NCBI RefSeq assembly: GCF_006345805.1
Contig: NC_043003.1
Location: forward strand, 44,640,001 to 44,704,000
Length of the DNA: 64,000 nucleotides
DNA from: Octopus sinensis
Lineage: Eukaryota
Reading direction: 5' to 3'
Shown: in pieces, positions 41,101 through 55,100 of the stretch
How the letters are laid out: every line of letters starts with the position of its first letter
Position numbering within the stretch: the stretch's first letter is position 1
The notes under the pieces: generated by a model
Databases searched by the model: none
What the model was told of the DNA's origin: nothing
What the model saw: only the letters and a program-made list of their open reading frames with translations
Translations under genes and position numbers: made by a program

Positions 41101-41237
41101 TGAGGATTTCCTTGAAGATATCTGCCCAAGAATATCGACGGTATAGTAGGAGAGAACGTGTTTTATTACCGAGTATATATATATATATATATACATACAT
41201 ACATACACATACATATATATATATATATATTATATAT

Positions 41238-41274
<37 letters not shown>

Positions 41275-41377
41275 GGCCTGCTCGCTTAGCCAGCGGGGTG
41301 GCGTCACCTGAAGGCTAAAACATGTGAAGCGCATTGTGACCAGTGATGTGTAACAATATCGGTCACGTGATCACGTG

Positions 41378-41385
<8 letters not shown>
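41275..41385 (+). mobile_element. Short SINE-like fragment between (TA)n tracts
   Basis: GC-rich GGCCTGCTCGCTTAGCCAGCGGGGTGGCGTC...GGTCACGTGATCACGTGA island flanked by (TA)n; family not resolved. Confidence 0.4.
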
Positions 41386-41408
<23 letters not shown>

Positions 41409-42099
41409 AATATATATATATATGTTTATATATAGGTGTGTGTATGTATGTATGTATGTATGTATGTATGTATGTATACAGGAAGAATAGAGTTTGAAAA
41501 TGCACTGAGAATAGTTGAAATATATGTTATTAAAATATGTGAAGCTTTAAACGGTTTCACAATTTACACTAATTTTCAAAAAGGTCAAATAGAAAGACGT
41601 GGCTTATCTCGCAGCTGTCTTGCTTCTGCCTAGTGTTTGAAGTTTTATAGGGAGTTCATGATTCAAATTAATTTTTTATAGGATTTGATTAATTAGTAGA
41701 GGATAGTCACATGGCTGATCTTAGACATTTTTGTAGGTTCCCCGCTACGTACGTGACAATGCTTGGCGTCGCAAGTTAAGACTAACACTGTTGACTGAAC
41801 ATGTCAAAACAGTGAATGTTTTGAATATTTTCGGTCAAGTGTTTGTAGAAAACGAACACATAATTAAGCTTATAATCTTTTGTATATTTTCCGCTACATC
41901 TGTGCGTTAGGGTGATGTGATAGTGTATTTTGCGCCTAAAAAGAGGGCCGACACGGGTGAGTGAACATGCGCAGTTATAATCAAGACAGACCAAATCTAA
42001 TCTGACTAGTGGGAGATTAAATGGTTAAAATTTAGGTTGTTTGTTGTGTAGCTTCCTCATTATAAGTGGCAGAATTAATTTCGCGTTAGAATAGTTATT

Positions 42100-42560
42100 T
42101 GTATATGTACCTTGTTAAAGTTTATTGAGCTGTGGTTCGTACTTTGTATGAAATTATTTTCTTTGTTTATCCGTGGTTCATCTGCGGTATTCGCTAAATA
42201 TAAATATATTCATTCTGAATCACCAGTTGTCGACATTGTTATCCTTGACTGGTTCTGTTATGATATTCCTGTTAAAGTATGTGAGGTCCTGCTCGACTTT
42301 GAACAAATTGTCTAATCATTTCTAGTGCAGTTTGGACCTCATTGCATTTGTATTCTAATCTGCACCTTTCGTCTAACTTGCAAGACGTGTTGATATTATA
42401 ATACGTTTTGCTGTAAGTCTCCACTTGGTCTTTTGTTTTAGCTTTGTCTTGCGTTTCCTGTCACCAATAAAATTCAGAATTTCAACTGAGATCCACTGTT
42501 CTTTGCGAGAGCATCTTTTCTAGCCAATTATTGCGTAAGCAGTCTCACCTGTTCTATTTT
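42100..42560 (-). mobile_element. Possible decayed Penelope GIY-YIG C-terminal remnant
   Basis: Frameshifted minus-strand reading RINKENNFIQ/KYEPQLNKL resembles Penelope endonuclease ends; the rest is heavily interrupted. Confidence 0.25.
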
Positions 42561-44284
42561 TGAAAATCTAACATTTGTTATCCAATTATCAAATACTCAG
42601 GGAATAATTGACACGCATAAACACACACATATAAGATTAAAGTAACATAGGTAGAGAGTGTGAGAAAGAAAGTGGGAGGGGTGAGAGAGAGAGGAAGAGA
42701 GAGAGAGAGCGAGGAAATGTGAGCAATATAAAAAATCATGCATAGAGACCAAGACAATCGAATAATATACGTTATTGGATATGATGAAATAATATATGAC
42801 TCCTTGACAGTAACATATTGTGCCAGCAAGTAAGACTTATAAAGTATTCTCAATATTCCCATCTGTATCTTTTCAGTAATGAAGAGTTTATTTACAATTT
42901 GTTTCCTGGAAATGGCATATGGTTTATGTTCTTCCTCAAAATATTCTTGAATTCCATAACTGATATTTTTTTAACAAATCAATAAGACTTATTGATTGTT
43001 AGTAATGTAATGGTAGTCTATTCATCTTGGTTTCTTGCTGTTTGCTGTTATCATTTCGATATTTTTGACAGCTTTAAAGATGACATGTCTGAAACCTAAT
43101 ATACAAGCATGCACATATATTAACCCACGCAAACACACACAGACATACAGGCACACACACACATGTATATAACTATTTTAGCATATGCATATATATATAT
43201 ATATGTGTGTGTGTGTGCATTGGTATGCATGCATATGCACACACATATATGTGTTTATTTATGTATATATATATATATATATGTTTGCATGTATGTGTAC
43301 GTGTATGTATATACATTTATATCTATGTAGCTCTGTGTATGCTTGTTTACATGCGTTATGTGTGAGTGTGCATGTTTGTGTGTATGTTTGTGTGTGTGTG
43401 TGAGTGTGTGTGTGTGGGTGTATGTGTGTGTGGGTGTCTGCGTCTGTGTGTGGCTGTTGCTATATTCTGGTAAGGAGGACGTGGCGATATTACTTAAAAT
43501 TCCCTGCGCTTACATGACTATTTAAATAAAATTGTATTCGCATTGATACAACTATATTTACATTCTGCTGTAAATATACTTCAAATGAGAGTAGCAATAG
43601 AAAAAAGACTATTCTTTTTATTAATATCGTTTTACTGTTTTCTTCTCTCGCTTTCATTCTTTTTTTAATTTTTTTTCTGTCTGTCGAAAAAAAATCTTTT
43701 AAATTTTTAGAGTTCGGAAAACTTCAGAAAGTGTAGCCAAGTGTTCATGCTGGGTTAATTTCAGTTTTATCAATCTTGGTGAACGCCTTTTTCTCGGATA
43801 TCGTAACATATATGTTGATATCTCTTCTAAAAAGTGTTATGCTGTAACATATGTACGTATATATATTTACGTATCGTGAAATTCCATGCAGTGATTTCAA
43901 TTATATTCTATGCCAATCTTTATTAATTTTTAAGTATTTTGCTGACTTTATCTAACAGTGTGATATCATTCATAGAATAATGTTCATTTTAGTGACTTTT
44001 ACTTTATACATATTTAAAATACATTACACATTTTTTAAATTTTTTTCCTCACCATTTTCTCTGTCTCTCTCTCTCACATATTCAATTGATTTCTTAGAAT
44101 ACCGCTATGTGAATGTTTGTATGTATGTATGTATGTATGTATGTATGTATGTATGTATGTATGTATGTATATATATATATGTGTGTGTGTGTGTTTGTAT
44201 ATTTATATTTATGTATGTGGGTGCGTGTGTGTGTGTGTGTGTACATTTAGGCGGTTTCAAGTGTGTGCGACTGGATGTGTTATC

Positions 44285-44715
44285 TATAATCGTTGGTAAT
44301 ACTGCCTTCCCATAGATCCGGGTTCAGCGCCACTGCGGTGTAATATGGACAACATTCTTCTAGTATAGCTTCGGTCCGATCAAATTCTCGTGAGTTGATG
44401 TGGTAAAAATAAACTGAATGAAGCTCGCTCTAAGTGTGTGTGTTCGTGTGTGTGCGTGTATGCATGTGTGTGTATGTTGTATGTATATGTGTAGGCGTGC
44501 GTGGGTTTGTGTGATTATGTATATCGTTGTGTCTGTGTTCGTCCCCTACCACCGCTTAACCACCGGCGTTGGTATATTTATGATCCAGTAACTTACTGTC
44601 TTGGCAAAAGAGACGGAAGAGTAAGAATAAGAATGAGAAAAGAAGTGCTGGGGTCGATTTCTACTACTAAAATTTATTCAAAGCTGTGATTCAGCATACT
44701 AAAACAAGTAAAAGA
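44285..44715 (+). mobile_element. Old family-C SINE with internal (TG)n
   Basis: Degenerate head (CCGGGTTCAGCG), body TTCTTCTAGTATAGC, internal (TG)-rich tract, tail GGCAAAAGAGAC...GGGGTCGATTT...AAACAAGTAAAAGA. Confidence 0.55.
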
Positions 44716-45007
44716 TGGAATATAAAATATATTAAGACCTTCTCCTATGCTTTATTGATTTTAACCTGCACTATCTTTTATCATTTATGTTTGATTTTTC
44801 AGTTATTAGGCTGCAACCTTGCCGGGGTACAGCCTTGGAGAAATTTGGCTAATTATTTTGATATAACATAAATGCTTTTCTCTTTCTAGTCAATGTAAAT
44901 CGGTTTCGCATGAAATATTGCTGAATATGACATAACATTAATTCCATGTGGCGGACTGATTATACTTCCGGAAACTATATTTTATTCATTCTATATCATC
45001 AGTAAAG

Positions 45008-45411
45008 AGGCGAGCTGGCAGAGATGTTAGCTCGCCGGGCGAAATACTTAGCAGTATTCCGTCTGTCTTTATGTTCTGATTTCAAATTCCGCCGAGGTCA
45101 ACTTTGCCTTTCATACTTTCGGAGTCGATAAATTAACTACCAGTTACGACTTAATCCGTTTGTCTGTCCTTGTTTGTCCCCTCTATGTTTAGCCCCTTGT
45201 AGGCAAAAAGAAATAAGAAACCTTAGCTCGCCGGGCGAAATGCTTAGCAGTATTCCGTCTGTCTTTACGTTTTGAGTTCAAATTCCGCTGAGGTCGACTT
45301 TTCCTTTCATCCTTTCGGAGTCGATAAATTAAGTACAGTTGCGTACTGAGGTAGATATAATTGACTGGCCCTCTCCCCCAAAATGTCGGGCCTTGTGCCT
45401 AGAGTAGAAAT
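45008..45411 (+). mobile_element. Head-to-tail dimer of family-B SINE with two different tails
   Basis: Monomer 1 (45008-45216) ends ...GTCCCCTCTATGTTTAGCCCCTTGTAGGCAAAAAGAAAT. Monomer 2 (45223-45411) ends ...CCCCAAAATGTCGGGCCTTGTGCCTAGAGTAGAAA. Confidence 0.85.
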
Positions 45412-46382
45412 GATCATATATCGTTAGTTAAATATCGCAATACGTTGGCATTTTATAAGCTTCATTCATTTTTATCAATTGAAGTTTATTTGTATTTGCA
45501 AATAGTGTATGGTTATTTGGCTTGATTTATTTGAAGTGGTATGCATCACAGGAGTGATACTGTGTTATTTATGATAGGTTGCATTTAATAATGTGAATTG
45601 GCGCCTGTTATTTCGCTCATTGACATTAACTTGGGAAACAAATATGAAAATGCTTAATCAAATGCTGCAATAATTTCTGATTGTGATTGACGATACATAA
45701 ATGAACGCTAGCTTATAAGCATATACATTCGCATACCAGTGTATATATTTTAAGGAAAATTACAATCTGTGATGTGTCATATTTGTTTCAACACACGATT
45801 TTTACTTTTCCTCTTATTACGCAAATTTAAGACACTATTTGATTTTGCTTGCGCTTTGATGTTTCCCTTTCATTGGGTCTTCTCGTTCATTATGTTGCAT
45901 CGCAGTCTCTGTAATCTTTAATAACTTTACATATTTCTCTGCACATTATGAGCCTGAATAAAGATTATTGATACTTTTCATGCTTGTAGACGAGTAGAAG
46001 CGTTCGGTTATAAGTGTTTCTTATAGACGAACATCTAAACATATCGTGGTTTGGTTGCTATCTTTACAGAATTTTGTTACTGCATGAACTGCACACTCTT
46101 TGTCAATTCATAATAACTATAAGCTGTATGCATTAGACGTTCTCTGAGACATGTGCTGAGGTTTAAAAAATTTTGGGCACTTCTATGTGAATATTATATT
46201 AGCTCATTGATGTACCATTTCCTTATTTAAAGCTTCTAACACTATGAAGCCATTCTCTACGCATGTCATGGTAGAGTGTTTTGGTGTAAAATATTCGAGT
46301 CACACCTATACAACTGTTGGTAAGAAAGAATTTCCGCTGGACTACACCTTATGTAATAACGTAAAGATTAGTTTGTGTAATT

Positions 46383-46575
46383 TGCTGGCAGAATCGTTAG
46401 CACTCCAGTAGAAATGCTTCGTCTGTCATTACGTTCTGAGCTCAAAATCTGCCGAGGTCCTCTTTTCCTTTTATCGTTTCGGGTTCGATAAATTAATTAG
46501 TAGTTGAGTACTAGGATCGATGTAATCAACTATCCCCCACCCCAAATTTCAGGCTCGTGCCTATAGCAGAAAAGT
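46383..46575 (+). mobile_element. Family-B SINE (second tail type)
   Basis: GCTGGCAGAATCGTTAGCAC...GGTTCGATAAATTAA...CCCAAATTTCAGGCTCGTGCCTATAGCAGAAA. Confidence 0.7.
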
Positions 46576-46639
46576 AAAAAAGAAAAGTTGTCCATTATAT
46601 ATATATGCTGTAACTGTCTTTTATTTGTGTGTGCTTACC

Positions 46640-47480
46640 GTCTAAAGTGTATTCATACAAATACTCACGTTTCGGGAAAGATTTCAAAATTTTACATCTA
46701 AACCAATTATGATATTGACTGATATTTCTTTAGTAATATCCGTAGGTAATCTCCTTCTGCATTTGTTAGGCTTTATGCATTTGGGGGATTAGGATATTCC
46801 CATTTTCCTTTGTTATTTTTTTCTTGGTATTGAAAACACGTGTTGCATCGTCTCTTTCAGTAAACCAATGACAAATTTCGAACCACACTTTTTGCTCTAG
46901 TTGAATACTTCAACAAGAATTCAGTGTTCATCATCATCTCATACGTGTTAGTTTCGGAGGTATTGCTTATGTTTTAGACATTACCTGTTCTGGTGATACT
47001 ATGAATGTTCGCGTTCATTCTCAAATATTTTTCCGCTTACCTTGCAACTGGATTTACATTATTTTATTATTTTTAAAATTTAGTTTAAATTATAGGGATG
47101 ATATGATCACATTAGTTTTGCTTTCATTTGTTTATTTTCGCTTGGGAGGTTTTTGTTTTAATAAAAGCTTTCGCCATTCATGACGATGGTTTTCATGGAG
47201 ATTTAGAGAAACAAGCTCTTGTGGAAACCCGTCCTTCAATTCAGGTATTTCGATACTTTTCCTTACGCAGTTGATCTTATAATGTAACAATTTTCCTTCT
47301 CTTGCTTCCGTATAGATTATTTGGTGTACTTAGTAATATGGCTCTCTCTCACACCTGTCTCAAATAAATCTTCAAATGTATCATTATTTCTAACTGATAT
47401 TTAGGACCATATTTCATGATGATATTCTAAAGAGCCCTTCATTCAAATACTTCCTAATTTGATGAAATATTAAAATGTTC
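46640..47480 (-). mobile_element. Possible ancient Penelope/LINE remnant
   Basis: Strong strand asymmetry (A-rich on minus) and scattered motifs such as TRAKS...KRRCNTC in interrupted frames; no intact ORF. Confidence 0.2.
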
Positions 47481-48226
47481 GTCTTTATACTTTTCGCATA
47501 ATTTTGTCCTTATGTTCTTGCTTTTTCTTAGTTCAGATTCAGATTTTTCCTCGTCGGTATTCCGTAGGTATTCTCGTTTTCAATTTGCCATGCTTTATTA
47601 TGGAGTTATTCATCTGTTGCTTTGCATATAGTTTTTCTGTGTTCGTAATTTACCTCCTCAACATTCATAATTCTGAATTTTTAACTCCGCTCTTTCCACT
47701 TTTTTTTGTTTTGTTTTTGCACTATTCTTCTCTTTGTAAGCGCCCTAATTGCAAACACAGACAAACACACATGCATTTCACATATACACACGCATCTATA
47801 CGGACACACACACACACACATCACACTCACGAACGCATACAATAAACGTAGATATATGATATGTTTGAACTTTCGCCGTTAGCTTATTAAATTAGCTTGT
47901 ATTTTGTGATCTAAAATTACTTTTACATCGGGTTTATTCTGTAGTGCTTTCCTGTGTACGGTAGTGCGTATATGTAAATAATGCAACTTGTATAAAAATG
48001 TTAAATTATACTTAGTACTATTATGCTTTTTCTACTTGTATTTTCGTTTTATGGTTTCAGTGCTGATCACTGCATTTAGCCATACGAGATGTTTTATTAC
48101 CAACATCAAAGCACTTCATTTCTTCTCCGCTTCAAATTAGATTCTAGGCTTTAAAAATACTTTTGATATTGTTTCGGTATCTACTACGGATACATACATA
48201 CATACATATATATATTATATATATAT

Positions 48227-48268
<42 letters not shown>

Positions 48269-49264
48269 GTCAGATTACGATGTATGATATATATATATAT
48301 ATTCGCATATAATATCCTTCACCACAGAAAAGTTTATTCTTGTCTCTTGCATTCTTTATGTTTTGAAACTAGAGGTAGTCTTCTCCATCGTTCTTTTGTA
48401 GTGCTGCATATGAAGCTTTGTTATATCTTCCAAGTTGCATCAAACATATATGTTTTACTATATCCCAGGTCAACAAAGTTTTCCTCTATCAGATTGTGAT
48501 TAGTGGCTTTATACTTACTATAATTGTTCTAGTTTCTCTACTAAGCTAATTAATTCCTTTGGCTCGAAATTTAAGTATCAGAAATATGACTCATCATTGG
48601 CAAAACTGGTATTTGCAAACTTATTTTTGGCATGTAGTGTAGTTGTCAGTATTTAGCTAATGTGTCTATAATATTCCGTTGTAAATTTTCTTGCTGTTTA
48701 AATGTTGTACTGTATTGTGTACTGCATTAATATCTAAGTATGCGTAAGAAGCTTTCGTCTAATCCTCTTATCTATGCTTCTTTATCGAACATGATATGTA
48801 TCCTTCACTTTACTGGTTTAGCTTGTGCGTTGCATGAATTCCTGACAAACAGGAATACAGAAGCGTATCGTATGTTAATATTAATCTCTCCACTGCGATC
48901 TCGCCTCTATTTCAAAACTTTCTCCTCTGTTTTGATTACCTCAGCTATAATTACAATTAACTTAGACATGTTTCGATCACCTAGTTGTTTTCGCGTTGCC
49001 ATCTATACACAGGTTAAAACACACACAATCTATTAACATTTACAGGGACAAATTCCTTCTCAGTGTGAATCACTACTCGGCTTAAATTCTTTAGTTTTCT
49101 AAGTTACTGTCTTATAAGTTTCTTAATTGTTGCCTAGGTCTTGCTCTGATATGTTGTTTTGCAGATTTGGTGGAGCATTCTATACAGTCAATTTATTTTC
49201 CTCTAGGAGTCCAGAAGACGCACAGCGAAAAACGGTAACAATATTGAAGGAAAAAGAAAAAATA

Positions 49265-49382
<118 letters not shown>

Positions 49383-49403
49383 CAATAATAATAATTATTA
49401 TTA

Positions 49404-49618
49404 TCCTTTGCACTACAGGCAAAAGAACTAAAATTTGGGGGAAGGGGACCAGTCGATTACATCGACCCCAGTGCATAAATGGCGCTTAATTTATCAACAG
49501 CGAAAGGATAAATGGCAAAGTTGACCGTAGCGGGATTTAAACTCATGGCGTTACAATAGGGAAAATGCACCAAGATTTTCGTCCAGCATTCTAACGATTC
49601 TGCCAGCTCACCACCTTG
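49404..49618 (-). mobile_element. Family-B SINE (second tail type)
   Basis: Reverse complement of GGTGGTGAGCTGGCAGAATCGTTAGAATGCTGGACGAAA...GGGGTCGATGTAATCGACTGGTCCCCTTCCCCCAAATTTTAG. Confidence 0.75.
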
Positions 49619-49639
49619 AACAACAACAACAACTACAAT

Positions 49640-49980
49640 AGTGAGACATCCTTCGGTCATGAATGACCATGGGATTGCACCTAGAAAGTTACCCTCCCAG
49701 GCGCAAGTCCGGGCAATGTTGTTTAGAGTAGACCAGCAGTCGCCCATGCATACCGGCCTCCCCTCTCCCCCTCACCAGTGTTATCCAAGGAAAAAAGGCA
49801 AAAGCTGATACAGCTTGGCACTTGTGACGTCGCAACTCATTTCTACAGCTGAGTGAACTGGAGCAACGTGAAATAAAGTGTTTTGCTCAAGACCTCAATA
49901 CGCAGCCTGGTCCGGGATTTGGACTCACAACCTCATGATCATAGGCTCGACGCTCTAAACACTGAGCCATGTGTCTTCAC
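49640..49980 (-). mobile_element. tRNA-derived SINE sharing the family-A central domain but with a different 3' half
   Basis: Minus head TGGCTCAGTGTTTAGAGCG...GAGTCCAAATCCC; central TCTTGAGCAAAACACTTTATTTCACGTTGCTCCAGTTCACTCAGCTG; (GTT)n tail. Confidence 0.75.
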
Positions 49981-49989
49981 AACAACCAC

Positions 49990-50041
<52 letters not shown>

Positions 50042-50077
50042 GTAGTAGTAGTATTAGTAGTAGTAGTAGTAGTAGTA

Positions 50078-50123
<46 letters not shown>

Positions 50124-50174
50124 TAACAACAACAACAACAACAATAATAATAATAAAAACAACAACAACAATAA

Positions 50175-50862
50175 GCATAGACGACTAAATATGATTTAAA
50201 AACGGAAATGGAGGCTATAATCTGTGCTGCACTAGAGCAATGATTAAGAACAAATTACATCAAATACAGAATAGACAACACATCAGAAAGTGATAAGTGC
50301 AGAATGCGTGGACAAAATGGTGAAACCGTATGGCATATTACCTGTCAATGTAAGCCACTAGCCAGAAAGTGTTACGAACATAAACTCGGACGCAACATTG
50401 AAAATGATAATGCAAAGTTTCTATGGGATATTAATGATTCAGTGCGATTATGAGATAGACAATAGGAAACCAGACACAGTCTTAATTGAGAAAAAGAGCA
50501 AACGTTGTAGGATCATAGGTATAGCATGTCCAGCGGACGACACACTATGCGATAAGGGGGAAAGAAAAGTCGACAGATATGACGGCTTAGCTTGGAAGGT
50601 TAAGCAGTTGTGGTCGCTGAAAAAGGTGGTAGTAGTAGCGATAATTTTTGGAGCCCTGGGAACAGTGAGTAACAATCTTGAGAAGTACATGGAAAGAATA
50701 GGGGATACAATAAGATAATTTTTTTGCAGAAAACACTACTGCTTGGAATTGCTCGAATACTTCGGATGGTCCCCGAAAAATAAGGGGTCTTACCTAGGTG
50801 CATTGGTTGTGAACAGATGACACCGTAGTACATCTTCAGCGTTGGAAGCAGTGCAAAGACAA
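50175..50862 (+). mobile_element. RLE (R4/Dong-like) LINE 3' fragment A
   Basis: EAIICAALEQ*LRTNY...KCRMRGQNGETVWHITCQC (CCHC-like)...NRKPDTVLIEKK...IACPAD...KVDRYDGL...GALG. Flanked by (AAT/AAC)n and followed by (AAT)n. Confidence 0.8.
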
Positions 50863-50920
<58 letters not shown>

Positions 50921-50936
50921 TCATGTATAATAATGA

Positions 50937-51016
<80 letters not shown>

Positions 51017-51261
51017 ATTATATTTTAAAAGAAATTGACGTAACTCTTCACAAAGGTAAACAGACAAGACCTGGAAAGAAACGCAGGTATTCCGGTTTAA
51101 ATTTGAATGTTTCAGTGTTTCCGATCTGTGAATTTAATTTCATTTTATATTTTGAACCTGTAAAAGGCACACCGGATGTCGAAATATTGTTCAACCAATA
51201 AAATATCTATTGCAATCCCATCACGCTCTTCGTCTTGTCTAATATTTCTAATAGTAATAAT

Positions 51262-51327
<66 letters not shown>

Positions 51328-51356
51328 AATAATAATAATAATTATTATTATTATTA

Positions 51357-51530
51357 TAGGAATAGAATACGCGGGAGATCTACAGAAAGTTTCCTTTTTA
51401 GGACAGCAAGTATTATCAGGTGTGCTCTAAGGACTTGATACACAGTAGAAAACTTTTGGATAGCTACGGTTACAGGTACTTGCCTGCTACTTACATAAGA
51501 CCTACCAGAAAGAAGACAGAACCTAAGCAA
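51357..51530 (+). mobile_element. Extreme 3' end of an RLE LINE (fragment B)
   Basis: DLQKVSFL/RTASIIRCAL resembles the terminal LQKIALLGTAHILRRAL motif; short 3' UTR followed by AACAACAACAAT. Confidence 0.5.
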
Positions 51531-51547
51531 AACAACAACAATATGTA

Positions 51548-52082
51548 TGGGTATGTGCTGTGATTTGTTGTGATGCTCTGATGGTTATTGTATGGAAAGT
51601 GCTCTGCGTAGGATGTGTGCAGTGCCTAGTAGTGCAATTTTCTGTATGATATATGTGTTTGTAAGTCCTGGTGTTTTTGTTATGTATTTGTCTGAATATT
51701 TTTTTATCATGCCTAATGCACCTACTATGATAGGAATTGTTTCTGTTTTCAGATTCCACATTCTAGTTACCTCTATTTCCAGGTCTTTGTATTTTGAGAG
51801 TTTCTCCATTTCTTTTAGAGACACGTTGTCATCTGCCGGTATTGATACATCAATTAGAAAGCATTTTTTTTTCTTCATGATCTCTGACAACTATATCTGG
51901 TCTGTTGGCCTTAATTTCTCTATCTGTGTGTATCGGCATATCCCAGAGTATGGTTGCTTTCTCGTTTTCTGTAACCTTTTCTAGTGTGTGCCTATACCAT
52001 CTTTTTTCTGTTGTTATTCCATAATGTTGGCATAGCTTCCAGTGTATGTAGGTTCCAACTCTGTCATGTCTGTGAATATATT
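51548..52082 (-). mobile_element. RLE LINE 3' fragment C
   Basis: RHDRVGTYIHW...WDMPIHTDREIKANRPDIVVRD...LIDVSIPADDNVSLKEMEKLSKYKDLEIE...GALG...LQ/IQKIALLGTAHILRRALSIQ. Confidence 0.9.
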
Positions 52083-52117
52083 CCTTCTTCTTCTTCTTCT
52101 TATTATTATTATTATTA

Positions 52118-55100
52118 CTTTTTTTTTCTTCTTTCAAATTTTCTTCCAATTCTTGCCGAGTGTCTTCCCGACTCCTAGGGCAAAGAAACTCATAGTGTAT
52201 ATTGGTAGGCCATTAAAGCAAACTCAGTAGTTCGTTCATTTTTTTTATTTTTTTTTAAGTTAAATTAAAATACATGAGCAGCAACAGTTCTCACATCGAC
52301 AATGCTCTTTTCAATACGTGTGATGTACCAGTTAAGACAATCTTTTGCACTTCTTGCAGGGATGGTAAGCCAGGGATCATTCTCATATAATTTTCGGTTC
52401 CCTTCTTGATCATTCCTAGTGCTCCTACGATCACTGGTATTGTAACCGCCTTGAGATGCCACATTTTCTCAATTTCAATGAGTAGGTCTTTATATTTTCT
52501 GAGCTTGTCAAACTCTTTCGCTGAGATATTATGATCACAGGGGATGCTCATGTCGATCAATAAGCAAACTTTATTGTTTTGGTCTTTCACAACAATATCT
52601 GGTTTATTGGCATTGATGGTTCGGTCTGTATGTACTGGAAAGTCCCACATAATGGTTACATTTTCTCCTTCAGTTACAGCCTCAGGGTGGTGATTATACC
52701 ACTTGTCGGCAGTTTTGATATTGTAATGCCGACTAATTAGCCAGTGGAGATATTGGCCAACTCTGTCATGTCTTAATTTATACTCCACTGGTGCTAAGAC
52801 TTTACATCCAGAGATTAGGTGGTCCACTGTTTCAATCATGTCGTTGCAGAATCGGCATTTTGGGTCTGCTCCATTTTTCATCACATTGGCCTGGTAGTTC
52901 CGGGTTGATAGGCTTTGGTCTTGAGCAGCCAGGATGAAACCTTCGCTCTCTGCTTTTAGCCCTGAGCTCCGCAGCCACTGATGGGTTTGCTTCTGGTCAA
53001 CATCAGCTTGTTTGCTGCGGGTCACATATTTGCCGTGCAGAGGTTTCTCCTCCCACCTATCAGCCAATTGCTCGTGCGCTTTTTTCATTGCCATCATTTT
53101 CACCTTCTTTGCAACAATAGTTGCCGTACTTCCCTCGGGTTGTTCAGTTTGGGTATCCTGCACGAGATCAATAGCAAATTATTTGCTTTCCTTGATGATA
53201 GAATGAAGCTTCTTTCGTCTCTCGTGATTTTCCACGAGCTTTAGCATCCAGTCATTCGATATTTCCATATATTTGGCCAGTCCAATTGTGGTTGTTTTGT
53301 AAGCTAGTTCAAATTGGATCAGGCCTCGACCTCCTTGGGCTCTGGGAAGGTAAAGGCGATCTACGTCTGCCTTTGGGTGGTGCATCCTATTACAACTCAG
53401 CAGCTTGTGTATTTTTCTATCTATATTCTTTACTTCACTCATATTCCAGTTCAACACATTGTAGCTATAAGTAACAACTGGAACTGCTAAGGAATTTATA
53501 GCTAACACCTTGTTACGTGCATTTAGTTCAGATTTCAGGACTGCACGAACTCTCCTATAACATTCCTTCCTGATTTTCTCTTTCATGCTTGCATGCTGAA
53601 TACCAGAGCCTTCATTTATCCCTAAATATGTGTATGTCTGTTCTTGCTCAAGCTCTCTTATGACTGTGTCAACATCTAACACGACTGAATTTGTGGTCTT
53701 CACTTTCCCTTTCTGGAAAGTGGCCTTGGCACACTTCTCAAGTCCAAACTCCATCCCGATGTCATCGCTGAATGCTTTCACGGTGCGCAATAGGCCTTCA
53801 AGTTCATTATTGTCTTTACCATAAAGTTTTAAGTCATCCATATAAAATAGATGGCTTATTTATTTATTGGCAATTTTATACCCATACCCTGTTCTGTTTA
53901 ATTCACTTGTAAGGGGTATTAGGGCTATGCAGAATATTAAAGGTGAAAGTGAGTCACCTTGAAAAATCCCACAGTTGATGTTTATATTTTCTGAGGCAAG
54001 TACTCCATTAGAGTGGTATAATTGGAGATTCGTATTCCACAACGACATATTGTGCTTCAGGAAGTTTGAAATCACAGGGGAAATTTTAAAGATGTCCAGC
54101 GATCTCAAGATCCATGGATGCGGTATACTGTCGAAGGCCTTTTTATAGTCAATCCATGCGGTGCTGGGATTCCTGCGCTTGTTGTGACAGTTCTCAAGGA
54201 TCATACGATTGATTAGCAGTTGATCTTTGCATCCGTAAGAGCCTCGGCGGCACCCTTTTTGTCCAATGGGGAAAATATCGTTCTTCTCCATGAATGCATA
54301 TGTTTTCTCCGCCAGGATAGATGTTAGGATTTTATACGTGGTGGATAGACAGGTTATAGGCCGATAGTTTTTTGGAAGGTTGGTTTCGTTATTCTTTGGG
54401 AGTAGGTAAGTAATGCCACTTGCTAACCATTCAGGTGTTTTCTTTGGGTCTCTCAAAATTCCATTGAGCAGCTGAACTAGCTTGCCGTGTGCGCACGGGA
54501 GCGATGCGAGCCAGAAATTCGGCACCCTATCTTTACCGGGGGATTTCCAATTATGGGCCTTCGTGAGTGCCTTTCTTAGGTCTGCTATTGTGATGTCTTC
54601 CCATGCTTGTTGTTGTAAATTTTGGTAGGATCCTTCAGTTTGTATAATCCAGTCTGCATTTATGTTGTACGTCTTCTTGTCACTCCAAATCCTTTCCCAA
54701 AAGTTTTGAACTTCTTCCATGGGAGGGGGTCTTTAACGGTTACTTTCTCCTTCCCTATTTCTCTGTAGAATTTTTTGGCATTGGATGTGAACAGCTTATT
54801 TTGCTTGTAAAACTTGTTTCTCTTCTCAAATCTTCGTATTCTTTGGGCTTTTGCTTGGACTTTTTGTTTCAGCGTTTCTTTTATTGATATCAGTTCTTCT
54901 CTTGGTGAGGATCCACATTTTCTCTTCATCTTTCTTCCTGTTCTGGATCTTACATCATTTCCACATATTAGTTCATTTAATATTGATATTTCCCCTCTCA
55001 TAAATTCAATCACTTTTTTAATTTTACTTCTCCAGGTTTGATTTCTTCCCAGGTTTTGTTTTCTTTGTTTTTTCGGGGGCATACAGCTGGTTTCAATTGC

